Translations under genes and position numbers: made by a program
In this document: positions 26,501 through 32,793 of the stretch, in pieces
How positions within the stretch are numbered: position 1 is the stretch's first letter
Layout: each line of letters starts with the position of its first letter
Virus record (IMG/VR): IMGVR_UViG_3300034061_000981
Coordinates: 1-64,000 of that record
Length of the DNA: 64,000 bases
Reading direction: 5' to 3' (one strand)
Origin: a virus
The notes under the pieces: model-generated
What the model saw: the letters and a program-made list of their open reading frames with translations, nothing else
The model's database searches: none
What the model was told of the DNA's origin: nothing

Positions 26501-29500
26501 ACACTCCTAATACTTCTGTGATTAACACTAGTATTGATAGTGTTGACTGGACAGTGAAGCAATTAACAAATACACCAATTGACGTTACTGATATTATCTA
26601 CACTGGTAGCAAATATATAATCACAACAACTAATAATGCAACACCTGTATTAATAAGTGACAACGGAGTTGAATGGGATTCTACAATAACGTATGTCCCT
26701 ATAAGCAATGTAGCACCTCTTCTAATGAATGGAGTTGGGTATACCAATGGTACGTATATTGCAGTTGGAAATAATATAATTTCATCTACTGATTTAAGTA
26801 CATGGAGAGAAGTGTTTAAGTTCCCTAATGATGGATTAACCAACACATTCAATGATGTTGCATATGTTAATACAGGTGGATTTAATGGCTTTGTTGCAGT
26901 TGGTTTAGGTCAACGTTATGTAACAGGGCAAGCTACAAATACAGCAATTATATACTTTAGTGTACCTAATTATACCAATTGGATTGATTCTCAATTCGAT
27001 GGCACATTATATGGTTTAAACGCAATAGCCTCAAATGGACAAACAATAGTTGCTGTTGGTAATAATGGTATAATTTACACTAGTTTTAATGCACGTGTAT
27101 GGAACCAACAAACATCATCTGTTGTTAATAACTTGAATTCTATCATCTGGGATAATTATAATAATTTATTTGTTGTTGTGGGTGACAACGGTACAATAAT
27201 TACAGCCCCTATTGATGGTTCAATATGGACAGCCAGTACTAGCGGGACTACAGAAGACCTTACAAGTGTAGTATATAATAATGTTGATGGTGAATATGTT
27301 GCAGTGGGATTTAATAATACGGTAGTAAGAACCAATGACGCAGAATCTGCATGGACTAACTCTGCTAATTTTGAAACATTACCTACCGTATATACAGTAC
27401 AAGGTGATGCATTTACAGCTGGTTATGGTCCAGAAGAAATGGTCCCGGGCGTAGTAACAGATACATTAACCATGATTACTGCCACACGTCCAGGTACAAA
27501 TTGGGATGAAACTATATATCAACATGTTGGTTACAGTGTAGTCACCCGTGAGATTACCCCTACGTCAGATACGCAAACAGAATATAGTTTTGCTAACACA
27601 GTAGATACGCCGGCTCAGTTATCTGTATTTGTAATTAATCGCAATACAGGATTAAGTACCAGTATCTATGATGGAATTGACTACACTGTTGATTGGGTAA
27701 ATAAACTTGTTACACTGGATACTCCGATAACTTATGTACCAGCTGGAGTTTCAGATAAATTAAGAATTGATGTATATGAAACTGGTAACGGAGATCAATT
27801 AGTTAAAGCTAATACTGAAACAGATCCAATACGTGATAACGTTGTAACTGGATTCCAAGAGATATATGTTAATGCTAACTACACTGCTGGTATATATCAA
27901 GGTTCAGGTGTAATTAGACCTACAACAGAACCACAGGAAGTTACTGCAATTGCAACAAGCGAAATTACAGACGCTATCACATGTGTAAGCGTAGAAGATT
28001 TTGTATTGAATGGTGTTATCACCTTTAGCGGAGCGGTGTTTGGTAATATTATAGAAGACCAAGTTTACTATGTGAAAACCATTAGTTACGTATCCAATAG
28101 AATTACTATATCAGAAGTTTATAATACTAGTACAGGTACTGCGGGAGCCACATTCTCATTAAGTACAGCAACTGGTAGTATGAAAGCTATTATTCAAGTT
28201 GGTACAGGTACTGTTTGGACTCCACCAATCGTATATCATAATGGTGTTAAATTAGTGTTGGGTCATACTGCTACTGTAACAAGAACTAGAAGTAGTACAA
28301 ATACTGTTACTACTAATACTACCGGTGATTTAGTACCAAATCAAAAAATTAAATTTAGTAATACAATATTTGGTGGCATTGTTCCTTTACAAACATATTA
28401 TATAAAACAGATTATTGATGGTAATGAATTTACTATTTCTGAAACAGAAGGCGGACCTGTATTTGCATTGACAACTGCAACCGGTGGAGCCATGTTTGTG
28501 TCTGCTGATTATGCTATTGGAATAGCTGAGAATGGTATAAGTGCATCACTGTTGCTAGCAAACGAGTATGACATTTCAGTTGATTATCTGACATATACAT
28601 TGTTCGGTGAAACAGTACCATTACAGTATGGTTATACTATACCCGAAACACAATTAATTACAGCAGACGGTACAGTAGGACCATTTAGCTTAGCCAATTA
28701 TGTAAGTGGAAACAATCCATTAAATGCTATTGTTGAAGTTAATGGATTGCGTGTAGACCCGTCAACATATACAATTGATCCTATTGCAAATGAGATTGAG
28801 TTTAATTTAGGTGATGAACCTGCAAACAGTGATACTATTGCTGTAACTAGTTACAATCTAACTGACCGTCAATATTTCAACACGCAAGTTGTAGATACTA
28901 CCGGTGTAACAGTATCAGCAATTAGTAATATTAATAATGCTATTACAGAAACAAGTACCGTTATAATTTGTTCTGGAACTAATAGTGCTAATAATTCTAT
29001 TGTTTGTAACACTACTGCTAATTTAGTAGATGGTCAAGAAATTATATTCAAATCAAATGTACCGAACTCTGACTATGAAGGAAGTGGAATAGATACTACC
29101 GGAAAAGTTTATTATATTCTTGATGCTGATGTAAGCGGAACTGAATTTACTATTTCTGAAACTCCTAACGGTACTGTAGTTGCTGTAGCTACAGTTACAG
29201 CTAATATGGTTGGATATGTAGGTGGCAATTTAGCAATACGAGTTACAACTGCTAATTCAAATAACTTGGTTGATAACGATTTTATTCGTATTGATGGAGT
29301 GTTAGGGTCAATTCAATTAAACAACAATACCTATTATGCTAAGGTAATATCTGCTACTGAGTTTTATTTGTACTCGGAACCATATAATCCTGCATTGGGA
29401 ACGGTTAACTATCCTGTAACATTTGCATCAACATATGTGTCTGGTGGTTATGTTTGGTTAGATCAAACCTTTATTATTACCGATACTATAACGATTGCTA

Positions 29501-30729
29501 CTACTGCAAGTAATAACAGAATTGTAGTAGAAGATAATACAGGAATAGTACCCGGAACTCCAATCTATTTTACTGAGCAGGGTGCTGTAACTGGTACAAC
29601 TATATTAAGTAATATTGAAGCTAATACTGAATATTATGTATTAGACGCCAATCCAGAAACAAGCGTTACTGATTTAGTTGTTGGTTATACTTATAGTATT
29701 TTAGGATTAGGGACGACTACTAATACTGATTGGAATACTATTGCAGGTACAACGGGAGTAACATACATTGTGGGCGATACTTTTGTTGCAGCCGCAACCG
29801 GCACAGGCACCGGTACTACATTGTCATTGCAAGAATTTACTATTTCAGAACAAAGATATCCAGATGAATCAGAATTTGTTTTAACCAACGATACCGGTTC
29901 AGTATTAGTTACTCAATTCCAACAAGTTAACGTTGATAGATTGTGGGTAACAGTTAATGGTTACAGAGTTCCGTCAAGCTCATTGAGAATAAATGAGTTC
30001 AATAACTTAAGTATTTTAACAACAATCGCAACCGGTGATGAAGTCATTATTACTAGTATGATGCCAACTGCTACACCAAATGAAGAAGTTTATTTGTTGA
30101 ATGTATCAACTACAAATCAAGCGGCAGTATACAGAGCTAATACTCAAACTAGAACTTGGTTAGTACAACCTCTACGTAAAACAGATACTACGATTTATTT
30201 GAATGATGCATCACATGTCACATCTACTATTATTCAAAATGTAACTGCGCCGGCAGCAGTTGCTGGAAAAACTAGTATTGGATTAACTGCTAATAAGAAT
30301 GTAATATGTCATGTAACAATTTATAACAATACTACATCATCTATAGTAAATCCTTCAAATTATAGTTTATCTACATTTGAAACAGCCCCTGTTGTAGTAA
30401 TTACCGGTGGTGTATCAGATGAAGATTCACTGACAATTACAATTACTGAGGGTAACTTATTGTATATTAACGGCGAACAAATTGGTTTTGATGAATGCAA
30501 CCTAGAAACTAACACTGTAAGCGGATTAACTCGCGGTGCTAATGGAACAGGAGCCCAAGCAGACATTCCATTATATTCTGAAGTATTTGGTATTATTCCT
30601 GAAAATAGAATGACAGACGTTGTATATTCTAGTGTTTGGAATTCAAACATATATAATACAGTTGAGGGTGATCCACTACAAATTAGCCAAACTGTAGGTG
30701 CAAATTTCTTAAGAGTGGATACAAATTGA
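11503..30729 (+). CDS. Giant (6408 aa) virion structural protein: gp7-position baseplate wedge scaffold with inserted beta-propellers and repeated beta modules
   Basis: Uninterrupted 19.2-kb ORF after gp6. Contains YLNEVKPYH (wedge-type motif), FG-GAP-like blades at about 18730-20750, BNR-like blades at about 26455-27365, and about 12 F.G..FGG...YY[VI] modules. Confidence 0.75.
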   Translation: MATRIRTLNFLPEIFKTTTNSQFLQATLDQLVAQPSTKRIEGYIGSTFGYGINAKNKYVIEPTKVRTDYQLDPGVVFLKENDTTANDFISYPGIIDALKLEGAITGDNSKLFTSQFYSWDSFTDLDKIINFNQYYWLPEGPDRVIISSDIIYNSVNFTVVDQANDYLISSDINPVGTPNPTLTLLRGGTYTFGVNQATQFWIQGEPGVTGYSLTQPNVQTRDVYGVTNNGATNGLVTFVVPEKNALDEYNFPLGPTCGVVSDLPFSQVNGAIVSDIGGIDGVTALDGLTVMFYNTGVVDEYGFVSKFYDQTLYDEDGGSSYAYPGTEENQLNFDGGYFTEVSAYLYNITILPGNVIQLTPASLIPTNQTIIPSFGVNYGNREFYRNVAGSIQLVPYNSAILDQLYYQDGSSPTKVGVIRLVDNNITNEINVLTQILGKKNYTAPNGVVFTNGLKVLFQGNVYPESYNNVEYYVEGVGTAIELIQVDSLISPGLFTEGVFIPWDTTPWDIGNYDSGLYIPVEQDYITIARNAINRNAWSRSNRWFHIDVINATATYNNDPTLVTAWATPDNKAKRPIIEFYPNLRLFDSGVLGKDPIDYIDTRTTDAFTLVAGQESYYPDVAGWSTYDATIAPANYPSPITDKTILSTEALTNKIVMNNTIGLYVNDTISVASVVGDDPLANPPIPGLVPIVPGTAGTIQKYYITEISGNKITVSTEIQGTPVVLATDTPVSPVTTTIYSYSSTITIASSDVSGLFEAGQYIIDSAGILPDITYIRNVNIVGSDTIITIGWDRINYSMIGTTVDPETGTTGVSVVTADTPLSNYALFDGARIVFAADENLSVRNKIYISRFSTITPNTTPVITLTEAPQGDVLPDEQTAVYRGYNNQGKDFYFDGIEWFAGQQKITVNQAPYFDIFDSNGISLGNGTVYVGTSFTGSKLFSYGLGVGADDPVLGFPLRYSSIDNVGDISFDVTLNSQTFNYVSGTEPITENVNTGYVYNYTDRVNYTRQLGWQTAVSPSVQYQIFESDWFATTSSNTFTCDVAPMSSSETTWPIVQVYINNNYLDPSNYTVTSTDTSTTVTIPTISAIDTVVQILILSNQVSSTAYYGIPINLSNNPFNEDVTTVNIGDIRGQYQSIFYNNPNTTGEIFGPNNYRDLGNMVPWGDRIIQNSASLALPGTFLRKQNLNLFNSLLYNSRQYITFKTLLVDTINNANYSTRLTPAQMLDGAMDQITSNKTDSQPFFWSDMLPSKSAYISNTYSFANSLDVSIYPLTKVYNFTTANYNGVLVYLIRNGVTTQLITGIDYTVSTTSPSLTVTKDLLPNDQIVINEYNQTYGSYVPNTPTKLGLYPATIPSVTLDTAYNEPTYFIVGHDGSFTKLYGNYDPETSTLDDYRDQVLLEYETRVYNNLKLSNVIPIELTDILPGFFRTTDYTYDEFLQIYSESFLNWVGENRINYKRQLYNTANPFTYNYDNNSSKIANTLIQQGYFRGLYLYYYDTSTPDTTPWQMIGYANEPTWWTSRYGAAPYTSDNLVLWGDMAAGIDWNNGNPVVIPKYVRDGLLSVIPVDSNGDLLPPTISILGNYNARTFNRDWKVGDVGPAEFSYRRSSTWVFDLMRILALTRPAAFYNLAVDIDNYKYNAEFNQFLVNDRSHLNVKNIPIYGTGTPATSYINWIVDYEKQAGVDATSNITTLLDNLDVRLIYRIAGYSDKDLLQFYVEKSSANSNNSSLLIPDASYQVLLYDNQPFDKIVYSGVVIQITENGYKVFGNSQTNAYFTTLVPKNNGITESITVENLTVKLATEFYNRTVLVPYGTEFYSAQEVAQFLNCYGKYLESQGVVFEQIENAIPVNWPQMVAEYMYWSQMGWEVGSITTINPAATLLSIDRDSYIVQPLTLRQQNFVLNQNLYPIQSTDLSIVREGTAFTVQPLNQGDAISYGQFNISNFEHGIVFSNVTLFNDIIYNLITGLRQNRIFVRGAKTAEWNGTVDAYGFILNQDNIQQWNSEFKYTKGAIVLYKNRYWSALGIVQAKQLFDERDWKEIPYGEIQKGLLPNSQTRSYESSLYYSSDNANLEKDADLLSFSLIGYRPRDYLAIANLTDITQVNVYKNLIKEKGTLNAASAFKGATLPQGGIDYDIYENWAIKSSEYGGVLNNNFIEVRLQEPVLTGNPSIVGLTNGVYTEGVQQEIPLYSIFNYGRPIDSPDILPTISSTEPSNLLPTAGYVNYNDVKMSSYFYSGLSNARDASGVRVPINKFYIRDYVWLANYLADWQVYTPVSLGSIINAKNNLNGTVTITFSQAHNLIKYQLFAILNFNTQINNYYVVAGVVDPFRVIINLSLSPNITNLTGQGVGFRMQNQRVATAPEIADLPSLIDNEFNKLKVWVDTNNDGSWAVFRKSLNYQYDKEILKDNSQSFGSAVAYTPSMGYLIGDAEAGEVYRYSYDIKTDSYIIDQTISEGPSFGSTITYVDDIFVVSEPTGTPKVYIYELVTTTLVNDILPYQTISSPESYITNWGSATALSGDKNWLYISDTVNNSVHVYQKSTLTDLYEASHIIVTPNTVNVGNLMAGSEYVIQTVGTTDFTALGALSNSVGVIFTCNSSSQTGTGVVTVAGDKFGYSIATDYYGDTVVIGTPYQNYDVNTENYGYVYAFARTVQNFEVQSTSQSYVPQSFPLSWTPTSATINATAISSNVITVSDLTGLGISAGATGTAIIFTGTVFGGISLNQVYYVKSIVDSTHITISLTRDGTTISLTNSSGSMTAVPQTSPLYVSVNGTLIEDNTYAVISSTLYVYSGQTPTLNAGDIVNVSGSNFVLNQILTNEETPRVGVEFGTSVDTNNFANEILVGAPFELNDKNQEGAVHRYTNGGEKYGIIIGTQNCNITTPRTILLNGYSVTLPVGNATLASNAINQAIITNITSTAIDGKLIIQLVDIAIGVPSNKLSLTVLDSATLAEMGITVYTQTQKILCPRTTGPTQFGTVIKFNEQGSFVASAPIGARYTATTFDFTDDELDNDTVFDNNATQWIDTFTNAGAVYMFDYLSAYNESLNNPGKFVYAQSTNAQNLDYGAQPMYGQAIDFNNNRVIVGTPNFNPVLNAENTNGQVISYISASSEPDWSVYRSSAPIVDINSIGPIQLFSASTNNTLENLDYFDPLQGKLLGAVQENIDVISNSDPAAYNSPGNTQRGLVWGASQVGQLWFNTSNTRFVNYHQNDVIYNSQYWGRVFTGSDVAVYSWIVSDVPPTQYAGPGTPFNINTFAVHAVLNTEGTVVPVYYYWVRNTNIVFDQRGKTLADSTIQSYIAQPQNAGISYFAPLQSDIFGLYNSGAYINANDTILHIGYATGSNDDVSYNQFSLIRAGYPDDFLDGLPGSGAAYQSNNGSGITQPIGLYNRMLDSLSGVDTTGAVVPNPFLPKAVQSGVLARPRQSFFYNRYGALKNYLQYANAVLAQFPIMETRNSQFLYTVGDINPSTINNPDWSGPPLLFFDTPKYWNLINWWAPGYNDNTRATLQVAIYADLATLNADVGTIVTVATNGAGNSETYIYEANGTWTRIGLTNGTIEFSNYLWDYSAARLGWGDNFFDTTPYDTYPSEETRYIIRALNEEIYTNELLVYRNKSLILLFEYIQSETIESQNYLPWLNKTSFIDVSHTIRELRPIEVFQSDYQDFLSGYLNEVKPYHVVIKEFLFKYTGTDVFEGDITDFDLPSQWSSSTQTFITPQLVYENSNNVNEFLPTNPIWQNPSYSQWYQNYGLSIVGQNAYPISILESYVSLNSSSLYVTNANGFPVAGTILIGTELITYNSIDLATNRLSGLFRGAMGTEIQVHIPGEQIIIDLPAVLVLNSGRAYINPPLITANIDTTIYPAPRVPAQLEAIMSLDKVIGVNVINPGSGYAVLPTIDIQPAIVVNVPSTSINLINSTIELTSAVLQTGDLIVYNIGSSSTQIGGLSIGQRYYVKLLEATPSPIIALYSTYIDAVNDHNRIVLVSTGTGTQTFSVGAYASCVTSATPVRENNITLRFDRTSYTSKVVDWEPAGFYGSFYAGDYSNDQIFSSSSIKLYSTDPPIGGILAGETYGITASAQGGVFQILDVENDQVLTWSSRTRNTIQTYGPSSLYPNTIRINPSTGGAEVAGEIGSTIGFYVGMPVKFVGAVPVGSSIVSSSPTTDVIYYVKSLVKLPNPDNPSELQDTGFTISDSVNEDGVPAGVKNLLVSANVPTAGLTLYVGQLTNTAVMTINYNSLRNASATSATNNTVTVDLTVTGQDGTTEFFTGLPIFFVGTEFGGIIENRKYYVNAVIDSTSFTMTETTDPTIIYCTATTGTAGNLILCPTTIDLSVNDPVIFNGMGINGNAVSNFGGIESGTTYYIKDINNGSFTLSESINGSIFVLTDPPITASNFTIAPMLLQTEVVQLTNATGSMQLNIDNGLSPGQITGQQFTLYGQAGPFIDVSGTASNLIDRILTSTRASTLNRVTLATVGGGTTSIYANMLFNVSANIGGLTTTGGPYTVTGLGTTAVNISATNPTGNWLTVTPVTEYLDTTAALYEGMPIYFTNQSLGGVSLNTVYYVHTIGTGGDAGKIKISEDVSLTTVFTIISSQTGAMIGTGEQYITTSTALTNGVSVGDSTSLTQSVGTPAEFDVGAILGGYTASIVQVLATSIEIGKTYTIVTLGTTNWNTIAGTSLVTYEVGDVITAVALGTGTGSASLNGKGYALNNVITILGTNLGGTSPTNDLSLTVAAINSYGGVTSTITSGTPAGLENKYYLKVINQDQVEVYSDPNLTVPVSGQNFPYVGATTTTATESDGTTEIITVDSSTYFAVNDPVVFTGNVFGGANLVAGQTYYIISKPTSTTVTISNSIGGSAVNLTTSTGIMTMAKSGDYAVLPQPFYFDPSIVRYRNNVYQCIISNNDSEFIIGKWELLSSGSRKLNALDRIVGYYKPNKTDTEAWNQYINMPGDDLTQLVSGITYPNSTYLGNAFPPAEEYTLDTILVDQPFYPTGIDLKAITYGDKYIAGSDTPNTSVINTSIDSVDWTVKQLTNTPIDVTDIIYTGSKYIITTTNNATPVLISDNGVEWDSTITYVPISNVAPLLMNGVGYTNGTYIAVGNNIISSTDLSTWREVFKFPNDGLTNTFNDVAYVNTGGFNGFVAVGLGQRYVTGQATNTAIIYFSVPNYTNWIDSQFDGTLYGLNAIASNGQTIVAVGNNGIIYTSFNARVWNQQTSSVVNNLNSIIWDNYNNLFVVVGDNGTIITAPIDGSIWTASTSGTTEDLTSVVYNNVDGEYVAVGFNNTVVRTNDAESAWTNSANFETLPTVYTVQGDAFTAGYGPEEMVPGVVTDTLTMITATRPGTNWDETIYQHVGYSVVTREITPTSDTQTEYSFANTVDTPAQLSVFVINRNTGLSTSIYDGIDYTVDWVNKLVTLDTPITYVPAGVSDKLRIDVYETGNGDQLVKANTETDPIRDNVVTGFQEIYVNANYTAGIYQGSGVIRPTTEPQEVTAIATSEITDAITCVSVEDFVLNGVITFSGAVFGNIIEDQVYYVKTISYVSNRITISEVYNTSTGTAGATFSLSTATGSMKAIIQVGTGTVWTPPIVYHNGVKLVLGHTATVTRTRSSTNTVTTNTTGDLVPNQKIKFSNTIFGGIVPLQTYYIKQIIDGNEFTISETEGGPVFALTTATGGAMFVSADYAIGIAENGISASLLLANEYDISVDYLTYTLFGETVPLQYGYTIPETQLITADGTVGPFSLANYVSGNNPLNAIVEVNGLRVDPSTYTIDPIANEIEFNLGDEPANSDTIAVTSYNLTDRQYFNTQVVDTTGVTVSAISNINNAITETSTVIICSGTNSANNSIVCNTTANLVDGQEIIFKSNVPNSDYEGSGIDTTGKVYYILDADVSGTEFTISETPNGTVVAVATVTANMVGYVGGNLAIRVTTANSNNLVDNDFIRIDGVLGSIQLNNNTYYAKVISATEFYLYSEPYNPALGTVNYPVTFASTYVSGGYVWLDQTFIITDTITIATTASNNRIVVEDNTGIVPGTPIYFTEQGAVTGTTILSNIEANTEYYVLDANPETSVTDLVVGYTYSILGLGTTTNTDWNTIAGTTGVTYIVGDTFVAAATGTGTGTTLSLQEFTISEQRYPDESEFVLTNDTGSVLVTQFQQVNVDRLWVTVNGYRVPSSSLRINEFNNLSILTTIATGDEVIITSMMPTATPNEEVYLLNVSTTNQAAVYRANTQTRTWLVQPLRKTDTTIYLNDASHVTSTIIQNVTAPAAVAGKTSIGLTANKNVICHVTIYNNTTSSIVNPSNYSLSTFETAPVVVITGGVSDEDSLTITITEGNLLYINGEQIGFDECNLETNTVSGLTRGANGTGAQADIPLYSEVFGIIPENRMTDVVYSSVWNSNIYNTVEGDPLQISQTVGANFLRVDTN

Positions 30730-30731
30730 AA

Positions 30732-30739
30732 GATAAATA
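30732..30739 (+). promoter_or_regulatory. Putative late promoter (GATAAATA)
   Basis: Intergenic, immediately after the giant gene stop and 6 nt before the ATG at 30746. Confidence 0.6.
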
Positions 30740-30745
30740 AGTATT

Positions 30746-30898
30746 ATGAACGAACAAGTACAAGAATCTAATAAATCAAATCCTGAACGTCCAGGGCCAA
30801 AACCCAATGAACATGGGGGATTTTACTTTTCTTCCAATGTAAAAATAACAGATCCAAACACTAAAGAAGTGTTGGTCCAAATGCGAGGCGATAACTAA
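30746..30898 (+). CDS. Small 50-aa protein absent from the ORF track (MNEQVQESNKSNPERPGPKPNEHGGFYFSSNVKITDPNTKEVLVQMRGDN)
   Basis: Fills the gap exactly, its TAA overlaps the next ATG (TAATG), and its C-terminal half resembles the N-terminus of the next protein. Confidence 0.75.
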   Translation: MNEQVQESNKSNPERPGPKPNEHGGFYFSSNVKITDPNTKEVLVQMRGDN

Positions 30899-31518
30899 TG
30901 TCAGTAATTAACTTATCATATAAAATAGAGGGATTTTTGAAAATTTACGATCCTAACAACGGTGAGGTCTTTGTAGATAAGAAAAATGCTATCAATTACG
31001 AGAATATGTCGGAAGCTATTGCTGACACATTAAGTAGTCGTGGTTACGGGGAAATTTATCAAATGGCTTTCGGTAATGGGGGTGCAAGTGTTTCCGAAAC
31101 CGGAGTTATCACATATTTGCCCCCAAATACCGTTGGTCAAAATGCGGCATTATACAATCAAACCTACGCTAAAATTGTTGACGATACTAGCGTTTTTAAC
31201 TTAGATCCTACACGTAATAAAATGACTGTAAGTCACACTACAGGTAAGGTTTATACAGACATTTTAGTACAATGTTTATTGGATTACGGTGAACCAGCTG
31301 GCCAAGCGGCGTTTGATAACAGCACACAAACTGATTCTGCTTTTATTTTTGACGAATTAGGTTTGCTTGCTAACTATGGAACGGACACTACAGGACAAGT
31401 AATTACTAGACTATTAACGCATGTGATTTTTCACCCTGTACAAAAGAGTTTAAACAGACAAATTCAAATAGATTACACTGTCAGAATTCAGAGTTTGACT
31501 AATTTAGTAACAATATAA
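30898..31518 (+). CDS. Virion structural protein (baseplate/fibre attachment-like)
   Basis: 206 aa; MAFGNGG, LDYGEP.GQ.AFD, FDELGL and LLTHVIFHPVQKSLNR.IQIDYTVRIQ resemble fibre-collar/baseplate small subunits; tail-module context. Confidence 0.55.
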   Translation: MSVINLSYKIEGFLKIYDPNNGEVFVDKKNAINYENMSEAIADTLSSRGYGEIYQMAFGNGGASVSETGVITYLPPNTVGQNAALYNQTYAKIVDDTSVFNLDPTRNKMTVSHTTGKVYTDILVQCLLDYGEPAGQAAFDNSTQTDSAFIFDELGLLANYGTDTTGQVITRLLTHVIFHPVQKSLNRQIQIDYTVRIQSLTNLVTI

Positions 31519-31526
31519 GATAAATA
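31519..31526 (+). promoter_or_regulatory. Putative late promoter (GATAAATA)
   Basis: Intergenic, followed by a GGAG ribosome-binding site and the ATG at 31548. Confidence 0.65.
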
Positions 31527-31547
31527 GAATATCGGAGTAATTTCAAA

Positions 31548-32783
31548 ATGGCATATACAATTGTAAAAAGTAATGGTCAAGTCCTGACAACCATTCCTGA
31601 CGGTACTATAAACACCTCTAGTACCTCATTGGCACTCCCTGGTAGAAACTATGCTGGTTATGGTCAATATGTTGACACAAACTTTGTTTGGTTAGCTCAG
31701 AATTTTGCAAATACTAGCCCTCCTCCTAACCCATTACAAGGTCAGTTGTGGTATAACACAAATGCTAACACATTGTATGTTTGCCCGGCTGACGGAACAG
31801 CTAACGCAAATGCATGGTTAGCATTAACAACGACATCTAGTGGTGGAACAACAACGTTTGGAACAGTAACAGTAACTGGAAATATCGCTTCAAATAACAT
31901 GACTGTTACCAATGGTATTACAGCAGACACAATTACAGTACGTTTAGCAACAGTAACAGCTAATGCATCAATTGCAAACGCAAACGTTACTACTGCTAAT
32001 ATAGGAACACTAGAAACTCAAGTTATTACAACCGGAGCCGCAAATGCAGCCGGCACATTAACAGGTACGTGGACTGCAAATGGTGGATTAGCAGGTAATA
32101 CAATGATTGTTACTGGTGGAAACATTTATGCGGCAACTGGTATTAAAGTTAATCCACTTAACTTATATGATTTAACAGGTAATGTAATTACGTTTACTGG
32201 CACTTATACCAATGGTAACGTATTTGATTATCTAACTGGTTCTAATTCTATAACTAGTTTCAATGGAACATTAGGCAGTATAGCAAGACCTATATCAAGT
32301 ATTACAACAGCAAATATTACAACTGGTGGTAATACAACCGGAGGTCAAATAACTGGCAATTGGCAATTAACATCCGGGTCAAGATTACAAGCAACATACG
32401 CTGACTTAGCAGAACGTTTTGAAGCAGATGCATATTACGATGCTGGTACTGTTGTTGAATTGGGTGGTATAAAAGAAATTACATCAGTTCAATATGAATT
32501 ATCAGAAGATGTATTTGGTGTAGTTTCTGATACTGCGGCCTATTTAATGAACTCTGGTGCAGGATCAGATGAAACTCATCCACCAATCGCAGTTTCTGGT
32601 CGTGTTCAAGTTAAAGTTACTGGTATAGTTAAAAAAGGTCAACGTTTAGTAAGTGCAGGCAATGGTATTGCACGTGCGGCATTACCAAGTGAAGCGACTG
32701 CATTTAATACAATCGGTCGTTCATTGGTTGATAAATTAGATGAAAAAGTTGGTACTGTACTAGCGATGGTAACAATAAAATAA
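31548..32783 (+). CDS. Tail fibre protein with C-terminal intramolecular-chaperone (autocleavage-type) domain
   Basis: N-terminal anchor (GRNYAGYG...NFA...P.NPL.GQLWY), Thr/Asn/Gly-rich shaft, and C-terminal YADLAERF...GTVV...GVVS...PIAVSGRVQVKV...KGQRLVS. Confidence 0.75.
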   Translation: MAYTIVKSNGQVLTTIPDGTINTSSTSLALPGRNYAGYGQYVDTNFVWLAQNFANTSPPPNPLQGQLWYNTNANTLYVCPADGTANANAWLALTTTSSGGTTTFGTVTVTGNIASNNMTVTNGITADTITVRLATVTANASIANANVTTANIGTLETQVITTGAANAAGTLTGTWTANGGLAGNTMIVTGGNIYAATGIKVNPLNLYDLTGNVITFTGTYTNGNVFDYLTGSNSITSFNGTLGSIARPISSITTANITTGGNTTGGQITGNWQLTSGSRLQATYADLAERFEADAYYDAGTVVELGGIKEITSVQYELSEDVFGVVSDTAAYLMNSGAGSDETHPPIAVSGRVQVKVTGIVKKGQRLVSAGNGIARAALPSEATAFNTIGRSLVDKLDEKVGTVLAMVTIK

Positions 32784-32793
32784 GGAATAAAGA

